NCBI GenBank assembly: GCA_022737715.1
Contig: JAIITD010000001.1
Span: 1 to 44,045, forward strand
Origin: Veillonella sp.
Lineage (GTDB): Bacteria > Bacillota > Negativicutes > Veillonellales > Veillonellaceae
Direction of reading: 5' to 3'
DNA length: 44,045 nucleotides
The first letter of the stretch is position 1. Each line of letters opens with the position of its first letter. Positions 28,024-38,700 of the stretch are shown in pieces. The notes beneath the pieces are model-generated. The model did not search any database and was not told the origin of the DNA. It was given only the letters and a program-made list of their open reading frames with translations. The position numbers were made by a program, and so were the translations under genes.

Positions 28024-28835
28024 GGTAATGCATCCTCTACAAATTCTTTCATAATGAGCCCCATCTGAGCTCCTAGTTGTTTTGCCTTATCATTACATAA
28101 ATGACTCATTAATAAAACAAAACAAAAATCTCCATTCATCGTTTCTATAATGCCCGCATCATGTTCAACACAATCTAACGAACCCGTTTTATGATGGAAT
28201 ATTACATCCTCCCCCCAATGAAATGGCAATATATCTCTGAACTGTTGACGCCCCAGAATATTCCACATCTCATGGCCATATATGGTATGACGCAATTCAT
28301 ATATATGATGTAACAATACAGCCATATCCATGGCAGTAATATAATTTTCTCGGTTTTCTTTTACCGCTGTAAAATCCATCATCATACGATTGATTTCAAA
28401 ATGTTCAAGCCCTAGTTGTTCAGCTCTGGCATTAATATTTTCCATGCCCAAGGCTTGTATCAATAGATTAGTCGCCCAATTATCACTGAGTACCATCATC
28501 AATCGACATAGCTCTAAATAACTAAAACTATGATTACCCACCAATTCCATCAAGGCGCCAGCCCCTTCAACACGAGGGCTCCGACTCAATGCAATCGTAT
28601 CGCTAAGATCGAGTTGTTCTTGTGCTGCTAGATGAAATACATATTCCAAAATCAGCGTTTTTACCATACTAGCACCAGTATGGACAATCGTTTCCTTAGA
28701 AGAAGCTACTATGGTAGCCTCCTCCCCTTCATTCAGACGCGTTACCATATAGGATACAGTGGCATCTGAAGGCAACGTATCAAGCAAAGCTGCCAATTGC
28801 ATTTCTAAGGATTTCCCTACGATTAACTGTTTCAT
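28020..28835 (-). CDS. Serine hydrolase of the class A beta-lactamase / PBP fold
   Basis: SMVK (SxxK), SDN and KTG motifs; no signal peptide. Confidence 0.88.
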   Translation of the reverse strand: MKQLIVGKSLEMQLAALLDTLPSDATVSYMVTRLNEGEEATIVASSKETIVHTGASMVKTLILEYVFHLAAQEQLDLSDTIALSRSPRVEGAGALMELVGNHSFSYLELCRLMMVLSDNWATNLLIQALGMENINARAEQLGLEHFEINRMMMDFTAVKENRENYITAMDMAVLLHHIYELRHTIYGHEMWNILGRQQFRDILPFHWGEDVIFHHKTGSLDCVEHDAGIIETMNGDFCFVLLMSHLCNDKAKQLGAQMGLIMKEFVEDALP

Positions 28836-28846
28836 TATTTACCCCA

Positions 28847-29794
28847 TTAAATATGCCAACATGCAATTCTTCTATCCGCCCATTCACGGAGAGGTGGTCG
28901 TTCTTCTAGACATCTACGTTCAACATCTGGACAACGATCACTAAACAAACACCCCTTAGGCGGATACAACGGACTCGCCGGTTCTCCTTTCAATGGAGCG
29001 CCAATTGGAGCCCGCGGAACCACTTCGCCAACCATCTTCGTAAGGGCCTTTGAATATGGATGTTGAGGAAACTCATAAATATCAAGAGCAGGCCCCTCTT
29101 CCATAACAGCCCCTAAATACATGACCACCATGCGATGGCTAATGTAACGAACCATAGGCAAATCATGTGAAATAAAGAGATAGGAAATGCCATGTAAAGC
29201 TTGTAAGCGCTCTAACAACGTCATAATCTGAACCTGTATAGACACATCTAGTGCCGAAATAGGTTCATCAAGAATAATGCATTTAGGCTCCATAATAAGT
29301 GCCCGAGCAATACCAATTCTTTGTCGTTGCCCACCAGATAATTCATGAGCATATCGCTCACCAAAAGACATATCTAAACCTACCTGTTCTAACACCTCTT
29401 TAACACGAATGACACGATCTCGAGGCGTATAATTAGGGTTTAACTCTAATGGCTCTTCTAATATTGTATTAATCTTTAATCTCGGATTAAGAGATGCATA
29501 TGGATTTTGGAATACCATTTGCATCATATCCCTCGTTATATCTTTATGAATATATGGATTTACTTCAATTCCATTCATATAAATAGAACCTGATGTGGCT
29601 TGATGTACGCCCATCAAGGTATACCCAAACGTAGATTTACCACATCCTGACTCACCAACAATACCTAGTGTTTCGCCTTCCTCTTGGTAAAGACTAACAC
29701 CTTGTAATGCATGTACCGTTTGTTTTGGTCTAAACAATCCGCCAGAAAGGGTAAAATTTTTAACGAGATTGTCTGTTTCCCAAATATATCCCAT
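28847..29794 (-). CDS. oppF: Oligopeptide ABC transporter ATPase
   Basis: GESGCGKS, LSGGQRQR, DEP, HPY and a C-terminal Cys motif. Start moved to 29794 (TAATG overlap with oppD). Confidence 0.92.
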   Translation of the reverse strand: MGYIWETDNLVKNFTLSGGLFRPKQTVHALQGVSLYQEEGETLGIVGESGCGKSTFGYTLMGVHQATSGSIYMNGIEVNPYIHKDITRDMMQMVFQNPYASLNPRLKINTILEEPLELNPNYTPRDRVIRVKEVLEQVGLDMSFGERYAHELSGGQRQRIGIARALIMEPKCIILDEPISALDVSIQVQIMTLLERLQALHGISYLFISHDLPMVRYISHRMVVMYLGAVMEEGPALDIYEFPQHPYSKALTKMVGEVVPRAPIGAPLKGEPASPLYPPKGCLFSDRCPDVERRCLEERPPLREWADRRIACWHI

Positions 29795-30777
29795 TAAAGT
29801 CCCTCCAACTTTGCTAACCAACATGTATACTCATGATTATTCCCAACATTGGATATCATAGGTATACGTTTTCCACATATGCGCATCGCCCATTTACAAC
29901 GCGGATTAAAGGCACATCCACGAGGTAATTCATACAAATCTGGCGGTTGTCCTTCAATGGCCTTTAATTCACCATGCCATTTTCCCTGCGGCAAAGACAT
30001 TAACAGACCAATTGTATAAGGATGACGTGGATCATTAAACAAATCCTCTACCGTAGCAGACTCAACACATTTACCAGCATACATAACCATAACGCGGTCA
30101 CATAATTGTGCGATAACACGTAAATTATGGGAAATAAATATAATACCTATTCCCGCTTCTACCGCTAAGGTCTGCATAAGGCGTAAAATTTGTGCCTCTG
30201 TTGTTGTATCCAGTGCAGTTGTCGGTTCATCACAGATTAAGATTTTAGGACGGCCCGCTACAGCCATGGCAATACATACCCGTTGACGCATACCGCCACT
30301 CAATTCATGAGGATATTGGTTTAACCGCTTTTCTGGTGTAGATAGGCCCATTTTTTTCAACAAATCGAGAGCTATCGCCTTTTCATCATAATCATCACCA
30401 TAGGCATTGCTACGATGAATCACCTCATAAATTTGCTCACCAATTGTCAATATCGGATTCAATGCGGTCATGGGATCCTGAAATACCATGGCTACCGTAG
30501 TACCACGCAATTCATTCCAATCTTCTTCTACATAGTCTTGACAATCTTCACCATCAATTTCAAATTTTTCTGATTTTATTTTAGTACGACCTTCCGGTAG
30601 TAGGCCCATCAAAGAATTAACCATGACCGATTTACCGCATCCGGATTCACCAACAACGCCTAAAATTTCACCTTTTCTAAGCATGATGTCCTGATTGCGA
30701 ATAATGCGCAAAGGGCCTCTAAATGTATCGATGGTAATGGATAGATTTCGTACATCTACTAATATATCATTCATCAT
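29794..30777 (-). CDS. oppD: Oligopeptide ABC transporter ATPase
   Basis: GESGCGKS, FQDPMTALNP, YPHELSGGMRQR, HPYT, GCAFNPRC. Confidence 0.93.
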   Translation of the reverse strand: MMNDILVDVRNLSITIDTFRGPLRIIRNQDIMLRKGEILGVVGESGCGKSVMVNSLMGLLPEGRTKIKSEKFEIDGEDCQDYVEEDWNELRGTTVAMVFQDPMTALNPILTIGEQIYEVIHRSNAYGDDYDEKAIALDLLKKMGLSTPEKRLNQYPHELSGGMRQRVCIAMAVAGRPKILICDEPTTALDTTTEAQILRLMQTLAVEAGIGIIFISHNLRVIAQLCDRVMVMYAGKCVESATVEDLFNDPRHPYTIGLLMSLPQGKWHGELKAIEGQPPDLYELPRGCAFNPRCKWAMRICGKRIPMISNVGNNHEYTCWLAKLEGL

Positions 30778-31673
30778 CTATCCCCTTCCTTTGGATCAAA
30801 TACATTACGCAATCCATCCCCTAAGAATACAAAGCCAAGCATAGTAACGCTAATTGCCAATGCAGGGAATATCAATTGGAATGGATACGATCTCATACTA
30901 CTAATCCCATCAGATGCCAAAACACCCCAACTTGCCATCGGTGCATTAACACCAAGCCCAATAAAGCTCAAAAAGGCCTCGGTAAAGATGGCATCTGGAA
31001 TCGCCAATGTCAATGTGATAATGATAGGACCTACACAGTTTGGCAGAATGTGGCGCCATAGAATACGCCATTTAGGAATCCCCATTGTTTCTGCGGCAAT
31101 AATATATTCCTCTTCACGAACTTTCACAATTTGACTGCGTACAATACGTGCCATATTGAGCCAATATGCAATCCCCAAAGCGATAAAAATCGAGGTAAGG
31201 CCTGGGCCAATAACAACCATTAACAAAATAACGTATAACAATAATGGAATACCATATAATACATCGACGATAGCCATCATAATTCTATCTGTTTTACCAC
31301 CAAAGTAACCTGCAATTCCACCATAAATAACGCCGATTACAAGATTTAATAAGGCAGCTACAATACCAATGGTTAAAGAAATACGCGCACCATACATAAC
31401 GCGAGTATAAATATCACGGCCTAATGTATCCGTACCAAACCAATGTGCTAAGCTAGGACTTTGGTTAGCATCTACCAAGGATTGATCTGCATAAGTATAT
31501 GGTGAAATCATAGGACCAAAGATTGCCAACACAATCATAACAGCTATGATGCCTGCACCAACTACGGCCAATCGATTTAACTTAAATCGTTGCCACCAGT
31601 TAGGACGCACTATAAAGGAGGATTCTCGAATATTCGTATCGCGTTCAATAGGTAAAAAATCGTTTCTATCCAT
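30774..31673 (-). CDS. oppC: Oligopeptide ABC transporter permease
   Basis: HWFGTDTLGRD, EAA loop, EAFLSFIGLG, GDGLRNVFDP. Confidence 0.93.
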   Translation of the reverse strand: MDRNDFLPIERDTNIRESSFIVRPNWWQRFKLNRLAVVGAGIIAVMIVLAIFGPMISPYTYADQSLVDANQSPSLAHWFGTDTLGRDIYTRVMYGARISLTIGIVAALLNLVIGVIYGGIAGYFGGKTDRIMMAIVDVLYGIPLLLYVILLMVVIGPGLTSIFIALGIAYWLNMARIVRSQIVKVREEEYIIAAETMGIPKWRILWRHILPNCVGPIIITLTLAIPDAIFTEAFLSFIGLGVNAPMASWGVLASDGISSMRSYPFQLIFPALAISVTMLGFVFLGDGLRNVFDPKEGDR

Positions 31674-32602
31674 TACGCACGCTCCTTCTCTGTTGTTACC
31701 CGAGGGTCGATAATCGGATAAATCATATCAACAATAATATTCAAGACTACAATCAAAGTACTATAAAACACAGTAACACCAAGAATAACCGTATAGTCAC
31801 GATTATAAATAGATGTTACAAAATATTGACCTAAACCAGGAATGGCAAAAATTGTTTCCACAATAAAGCTACCTGTTAACAAACTAGCAGCTAATGGGCC
31901 AATGTAGGTAATAACAGGTAAAATAGCATTACCTAAAGCATGACGGATTAAGATATTCCATGCACCAAGTCCTTTGGCTCGAGCTGTGCGAATATATTCT
32001 TGTTGATATACATCAAGCAGTCCACTACGAGTTAAGCGTGCAATAAATGCCATAGGCTGTGCGGCCAATGTAAGTACCGGTAAAATCATATACGACGGAC
32101 CACGCCACATCGCTACTGGCAACCAACCCAGCTCAAAACCTACCACATATACTAGAACTGCACCAATAATAAAGGTAGGAACAGAAATACCTAATGTGGA
32201 AACAAATGTAATAGCATAATCTATTATGCCATTAGGACGCATGGCACTAATAGCACCTGCTGCGATACCTCCTACAACGGCAACACAAAGAGCCAATAGT
32301 CCCAATTGCGCAGATACAGGAAATGATTCACCTATAATATCATTAACAGAGCGTCCTTCATATTTATAGGATGGCCCTAAATCCCCTGTAACAACACCAC
32401 CAATGTAATCAGCATATTGCTTCCATAAAGGATCATCTAAATGATATTTCGCCTCTATGCTAGCTTTAACTTGAGGTGGTAATTTTTTCTCACTTGTAAA
32501 AGGTCCACCAGGTATAGCATGCATTAAAACGAAGGTAATACTAATAATTACCCACAGTATAACAAGTGCGCTACCTATGCGCCGTAAAACATACCTTGCC
32601 AT
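31673..32602 (-). CDS. oppB: Oligopeptide ABC transporter permease
   Basis: PGGPF, GDLGPS, TARAKGL, ETIFAIPGLG, IDPR. Start moved to 32602 behind SD GGAGGAG. Confidence 0.93.
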   Translation of the reverse strand: MARYVLRRIGSALVILWVIISITFVLMHAIPGGPFTSEKKLPPQVKASIEAKYHLDDPLWKQYADYIGGVVTGDLGPSYKYEGRSVNDIIGESFPVSAQLGLLALCVAVVGGIAAGAISAMRPNGIIDYAITFVSTLGISVPTFIIGAVLVYVVGFELGWLPVAMWRGPSYMILPVLTLAAQPMAFIARLTRSGLLDVYQQEYIRTARAKGLGAWNILIRHALGNAILPVITYIGPLAASLLTGSFIVETIFAIPGLGQYFVTSIYNRDYTVILGVTVFYSTLIVVLNIIVDMIYPIIDPRVTTEKERA

Positions 32603-32794
32603 TCTATTCTCCTCCATACAATAAAATTTCTATATTATTATACTATATTATGACTCTAAATTTAAAGGTATAGATTTAATATTGTAATAAATATTTTATT
32701 TTTTATTTATTTCTTTTAAACTACATCTATTAAAAACTCATCTATTCTTCATATTATATCATGCATTACAGGGGCTTTCTATTATTCCACTCGT

Positions 32795-32823
32795 TTTACA
32801 GGTTTTAACGAATACAGTACAAT
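32795..32823 (+). promoter_or_regulatory. SigA promoter for pdxK
   Basis: TTTACA-17 bp-TACAAT. Confidence 0.65.
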
Positions 32824-32851
32824 ACATATATACTATATTGAGGAGGTCTCT

Positions 32852-33688
32852 ATGACTACAGTACCAAGAATACTTACTATACAAGATATGAGTTCCATCG
32901 GACGTTGCTCTCTAACGGTTATGCTACCAATCATCAGCGCTCTTGGGTGCCAAGCAGTGCCATTAGCAACAGCTGTATTGAGTAACCATTTAGAGTATCC
33001 ATATTTTGAAATCGTTGATTTATCTGATCATTTAACAGCATTTATGGATTGTTGGGAAAAGAATGAAATTGATTTTAATGCCATCGTCAGTGGATTCTTG
33101 GCCTCACCAGAGCAAATCCATCTCGTAGAGGAAGCAATTAATCGCTTCGGTAAGGATAAAATGGTCATTGTCGACCCTGCCATGGCCGATGATGGACGCC
33201 TCTATTCTATATATACACCAGATATGGTAAAAGCTATGCGCCATCTTATTTCTAGAGCTCATATTGTAAAACCCAATTACACAGAAGCTTGTTTTTTATT
33301 AGATAAACCATTCTCTACCGATTCCATTTCAAATGCTGAATTGCACGACATGTGTAAAAAACTACACCAATTGGGACCTGAACTCGTTATTATGACTAGC
33401 GTACCTTCCGACACAGATGCAACGATTGCCGTATACGAAGGTTCAACTGATACGGTAATAACATACTCTGTTCCTCTTATTCCTGTGAAAGCTACTGGAA
33501 CTGGCGATATTTTTACATCTGTTTTATCTGGTGCCATCATGCGTGGTTTTACCGCTCATGAAGCTGCTCAACTGGCGATGAATTTTACTACAAAATCAAT
33601 CCAAGCTACTGTAGATAACGTAAAATCCATGAAACATGGTATCGCCTTTGAACTTGTATTACCAGAATTAACTAATCTATCCAAATAA
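32852..33688 (+). CDS. pdxK: Pyridoxal/pyridoxamine kinase (ribokinase fold)
   Basis: IQDMSSIGRCSL, LSNH, SGFL, VDPAMAD.GRLY, PNYTEA, GTGD. Confidence 0.88.
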   Translation: MTTVPRILTIQDMSSIGRCSLTVMLPIISALGCQAVPLATAVLSNHLEYPYFEIVDLSDHLTAFMDCWEKNEIDFNAIVSGFLASPEQIHLVEEAINRFGKDKMVIVDPAMADDGRLYSIYTPDMVKAMRHLISRAHIVKPNYTEACFLLDKPFSTDSISNAELHDMCKKLHQLGPELVIMTSVPSDTDATIAVYEGSTDTVITYSVPLIPVKATGTGDIFTSVLSGAIMRGFTAHEAAQLAMNFTTKSIQATVDNVKSMKHGIAFELVLPELTNLSK

Positions 33689-33698
33689 TCCGTTTAAA

Positions 33699-33727
33699 TT
33701 GTCCAAATAGCCTGTTCATGATATACT
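33699..33727 (+). promoter_or_regulatory. SigA promoter for the DUF805-like gene
   Basis: TTGTCC-17 bp-TATACT with an extended TG. Confidence 0.65.
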
Positions 33728-33776
33728 TAAACACATAGAAAATATACGTTATGTTTATTTTTATAAAGGGGACTTC

Positions 33777-34361
33777 ATGGATTTATTATATCCAGTTCTA
33801 CGAACTGTACTAATCTGCTTAGTAGGTTTTGGTATAGCATATCAGGGACGACGTAAGGGCTATACCATATTCAACCTTTCGGGGCGCTTTAACAGACTAC
33901 AATTTATTATACTTTTCATAGCTTTGATGATACTCTTCTATATCGTAGATATCATTGAGGAACGCTTAATCGACTACATTGTAACGTTGCCTGCATATTG
34001 GGCTACACGTATTTTTGTAGGCGCATTACAGGCTATGTTATTTCCACTAGCCTGTGGATTATTCACTAGACGGATACATGATATTGGATTTAATGGTTGG
34101 GCTGGTATTTTATGGGCTACCATTATTATTTTCATCAATACCTATTCAGCAGTAACACCGTTAAATTATTTATTAGATTTATTCGTGTGGATTATCGGAT
34201 TCCTATTTTGGGTATTACCGGGTCAACCAGAGCCAAATAAGTATGGCTATCCTCCATTTATGAATCAAGAGCCCGCACAATCACAACCAATTACAGAACC
34301 ACCGACACAAGAGGAACAAGAGGTTCGAAAAAAAGTACGAAAACGACGTAAAAAAAGATAA
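33777..34361 (+). CDS. DUF805-like membrane protein
   Basis: SGRFNRLQF, RRIHDIG..GW, PG...PNKYGYPP motifs. Confidence 0.8.
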   Translation: MDLLYPVLRTVLICLVGFGIAYQGRRKGYTIFNLSGRFNRLQFIILFIALMILFYIVDIIEERLIDYIVTLPAYWATRIFVGALQAMLFPLACGLFTRRIHDIGFNGWAGILWATIIIFINTYSAVTPLNYLLDLFVWIIGFLFWVLPGQPEPNKYGYPPFMNQEPAQSQPITEPPTQEEQEVRKKVRKRRKKR

Positions 34362-34376
34362 TAAACCTAGTCTAAC

Positions 34377-34414
34377 AACAAAAAGGCTGAGCCAGGAGGC
34401 TCAGCCTTTTTGTT
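34377..34414. terminator. Bidirectional terminator
   Basis: AACAAAAAGGCTGAGCC-agga-GGCTCAGCCTTTTTGTT between convergent genes. Confidence 0.85.
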
Positions 34415-34425
34415 ATGCTATGTAG

Positions 34426-35595
34426 TTAATTCATCAACAACATTAATTCTATTAATGTACACCCAATATAAGCAATGATAAATTTAACCTTTTGTTTTCT
34501 AGCACGATCATCATCTGCTATTTTCAATCGATTAGCTAAGAACCGTTTATCTCGAATCTGTAATAATAATTGCTTGATCCGCTCTTGACTTTGAGAGGCT
34601 ACACATTCGTCACAATCTGTAGACAACGAAGCTTGCTGCATGAAAATGCGTCGGTGTAACTTACGCAATTGAATTTTTATATTATTATGTACAAATGCAC
34701 TTTGCCACTGTTTTCGAGAGTCTACATACATATATACATACCGTGGAATATTCATTACTAAGAAGGATATAATAAAAATCCCTAATGAAATTAAAAAGTA
34801 TGTAGAAAAAGAAAACTCTAAAGTCTCAGTTGGTAAATAGTGATGAAGAATTATAAATGTAATCCATACACCGATTGGTAACAGTAATACAGCGGCAATA
34901 TCAATGGATCTAACCCAACTCGTTCTCGTTGGCACGTCAGGAACTGTAAATGTATCTACTGGATCATGAAATGCATAATAGTCTAATTGCAATACAGACT
35001 GTCCAGTTTTAGGATTTCCCAATAAAACAGGACCTGTACTACCTACATGACGTTCTGGCAAAGGAATAAATTTTTTGATTCTAGAATTGGGTACTAAATC
35101 AAATTGAAGAATTCCCTTCTTCTCAAATCGCACAGTAGAGCCTAATCGGCCAATAGCAATAGGATTAAAAAATATGCCAAATAGGCTAAGGCACCAGTTG
35201 CCTAGGAGGTGGAGAATCGAGTTCAAAATAAACCCACCGGTATCTATATTAGCAGTATCTAATTTAATAGCAAAGGAAGATGAATAGTCATCGAACCACA
35301 CATCTTCGATGGTAAATTCCACATTAATCACATTCCCCCATTTAGTAATAATGGAGAGAAATACTTGGTTATTCGGCTCAAATTCAAAGGTTACAGAATA
35401 GATTAACCAATGATTTCGAAACGCAGCACGGAGCATCCGATTGACCATATCCTCTTCAATATAGAGAATTCTATGATCAAATAGTTCTCGCTCCACAGGT
35501 GCAGCCATAAGCGTCGTATCCTGTTCAATAATAGGAGAACGTTCATTTAATGCGTCATCCACCAACGATCGTAACTTGGTGAAGATTTTTGTCAT
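34426..35595 (-). CDS. Hypothetical membrane protein
   Basis: 389 aa: soluble N-terminal half, two TM helices, a coiled coil with CxxC, and a C-terminal TM helix. SD GGAG and upstream TGGTATAAT (35650-35658). Confidence 0.8.
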   Translation of the reverse strand: MTKIFTKLRSLVDDALNERSPIIEQDTTLMAAPVERELFDHRILYIEEDMVNRMLRAAFRNHWLIYSVTFEFEPNNQVFLSIITKWGNVINVEFTIEDVWFDDYSSSFAIKLDTANIDTGGFILNSILHLLGNWCLSLFGIFFNPIAIGRLGSTVRFEKKGILQFDLVPNSRIKKFIPLPERHVGSTGPVLLGNPKTGQSVLQLDYYAFHDPVDTFTVPDVPTRTSWVRSIDIAAVLLLPIGVWITFIILHHYLPTETLEFSFSTYFLISLGIFIISFLVMNIPRYVYMYVDSRKQWQSAFVHNNIKIQLRKLHRRIFMQQASLSTDCDECVASQSQERIKQLLLQIRDKRFLANRLKIADDDRARKQKVKFIIAYIGCTLIELMLLMN

Positions 35596-35719
35596 AGTCG
35601 CTCCAATTTATGCACACTACACAAGATTTTTTATACCTCAAACATTACAATTATACCATAATTTACCCATTTTATCGAGATATACAGAGATCTACTAAGG
35701 CCTTTCCATTAGCTGCCAC

Positions 35720-38700
35720 TTATACACTGGCCATCGTAAGTCGACAATATGCATAGAATCGCCCTTTCTTAGCAATTAACTCGCTAAAGGTTCCATCTTC
35801 TACAATACGACCTTTTTCCATAAAGAGGATACGATCCATCAGCTCTAAGCCTTCTAACTGATGTGTAATATATAAAACAGTTTTTTCTTTTGTGAAAGCT
35901 AGAATATCATTATGCAGTTTTCGTCTTGTTACTTGGTCTAGCCCCTCTAACGGTTCATCGAGAAGTATAAGTTCAGGATTTCGCAAGAATAATCGAGCTA
36001 AAGCAACACGTTGACGTTCACCGCCGCTAAGGCCTACCCCACCACTACCTACAATTGTTCGTAAGCCTTTTGGCAACCGGGTAACTACATCGGATAAAAC
36101 AGCTTGGTTTACGGCACGCTGCACCTCATCCGCACTTGCATGTGGCTTGGCAAGGCGAATATTATCCTCCAGTGTAGCATGGAAAATATAAGTGTCTTGT
36201 GTGATAGATCCCATTAAATTTCGCCAAGAATCAATCGTAACACTCTTTAATTCATTGTGACCTACCGAAATATAGCCAGAGTAATCATATAGCCTTTCTA
36301 ACAAGGAAAACAATGTGGTTTTACCAGACCCACTAGCACCAACAATAGCAACAGCCTGTCCTTTTGGTATATCTAATGTTAAATCTTTATATATAAGTGA
36401 TGAGTGATCATACCCAAAATTAACATGTTTCAATGATATCGTATCCATAGAATTTAAATCTACACAGCCTGTATCCTTGATTGGCAGAGGTGCATGCTTA
36501 ATTTGTAACAATCGACGAACCGCTACTAAACTTTCATAACCATGATGAACAGATACAATCATAGGCTGCAGCGCTTCAAACCAAGCTTGAATACCAATGG
36601 CACATACTACGACCATAACACTTGCCCAAGGGCCAGTTAATACATCACTTGCTAATAGGGCCGCTAACACAACTACAATCTGTACAATAGCAATAAACAT
36701 CGTATTTCCTAAATTCATACCTTTAGAAATACGCCCCTTATGGTACTCTACATCATCTATAGATTGCATCATACGTTCCATAACTAGATTTTCATTATGG
36801 TAACTAATAATGTCTTCTAAACTTTCTAATGTATCAGTCAATGTTGACTTGAAGTGACCTTGTACCTGACTGATCATATTTAAGGATGTACGATGATAAC
36901 GATATATGCCATACGGTAGTACAACACCTGTCATCAGTGCAGCACACCACACAAGCGTTGATAAATGCGCATCTATAGTACCGACACCAAAGGATACCAA
37001 TATAGTTAATACAATGGCTGCTACAGGAGGAATTAAGGTGCGTAAATAAAAGAATTGCAGTACTTCAATATCCGCCATAATTCGATTGAGCATATCCCCT
37101 GCGCCCCATCGTTTAAATATAGCTGGTGCCAATGGTTCTAGATAGGTATAAAACCATACACGCAACCCATACAAACCTTGAAATGCCATTTTATGAGATG
37201 TGTACCGCTCAAAATAACGACATACAGCACGGCTAATACCAAAGAAGCGCACACCTACGATAGCGAGACTCAAGTAAGTGATACCAGGTTGTAATGCAGC
37301 CGATGCCAGTAACCAAGAAGATACGCTCAAAAGCCCTACATTCATGAATACGGTCAGAGAAGTGAAAACTAAGGCAAGTACTAAGGACCAACGAGCAGGT
37401 TTTAATACGGAAAATAACAATTTCCAACCTTCAATATCACTATACTTAGTTTCATCGGCTTCATATGGGACTTTACTATTACTTAATGCCTCTTGTTGTT
37501 GTGGCAATGGAACCTCAAGCTTAGAAACATATGACACATCCTCATCATCCAATACAAAGGAACCAGTCCCAGCATCTATTAGCGCCTTAAAATAACCATT
37601 CTGTGCCAACAAGGTTTCATAGGTTCCCTGCTCAATTATTTCACCTTGACGCAACACATATAACTGAGAGGCCCACTGCATCGTTTGAATACGGTGCCCT
37701 ACAAGAATAACAATTTTATCCTTCATCAAGCGCTGTAATGCACAACTGATTTGAGCCTCTGTATTCACATCCAAATGGGATGTAACTTCGTCTAAAATAA
37801 GAACTTGTCCACCATGTAAAAAAGCACGTGCCAAGGCAATACGTTGTAATTCGCCACCACTAAGTCCCATGCCTCCTTCACCAACGACAAAATCCAAGCC
37901 CTTTTCACAAATTACATCATATAGCTCCGCTAGTTTGGCTGCTTCTAAAAGCTCGTCATCACTTACATCTTGTCCAAAGGCAATATTATCTCGTAGCGTA
38001 CCATGCATAACATGAGGTTTTTGAGACACATACGTAACCTGTGTACGCCACCAATCCATAGAGCAAGTTGATAGATCTATATCATTAACATATACACTAT
38101 TCGAAGGAGCCTCTAAAAAGGCACCTAATATTCGTGCAATCGTCGATTTACCAGCCCCACTTTCACCAACAAGCATAATCGGTTTATTGCGACATACCTG
38201 CAATGTAATATGCTTTATACCATTGCTTGTTTCTGGATAGGTATAATTTAAATTATCTAGGCGTATGGATTCAATTGTCCCTTGAATACGACAATTGCCA
38301 CCTCGAGGTAATACAATAGGTGTATTCATAAAAGCATCAAATTTAGCAAGTGCAGTTTTACCAGACATACCGGTGTGAAAAGCAGCTCCTAATTGTCTAA
38401 AAGGTGTATAAAACTCTGGAGCCAACAATAATATAAAGAAGGCTGGAAGAAAATCCAAACCGCCATCTAATAGTGTGAGGCCTAAATACACCGCAATGAT
38501 AGCTGTACTTATTGTGCTAACTAATTCCAAGACGAGGGCAGATAGAAAAGCCACACGCAATACGCGTAAGGTAGAGTCTTTAAATTCATTAGACAGTCGA
38601 CTGATGACTTGTATTTGTTCCTTTGCACGACCAAACACCTTTAATGTGGTAATGCCTCGCAATACATCTAAAAAATGACCTGATAAGAGACTCATCCGAT

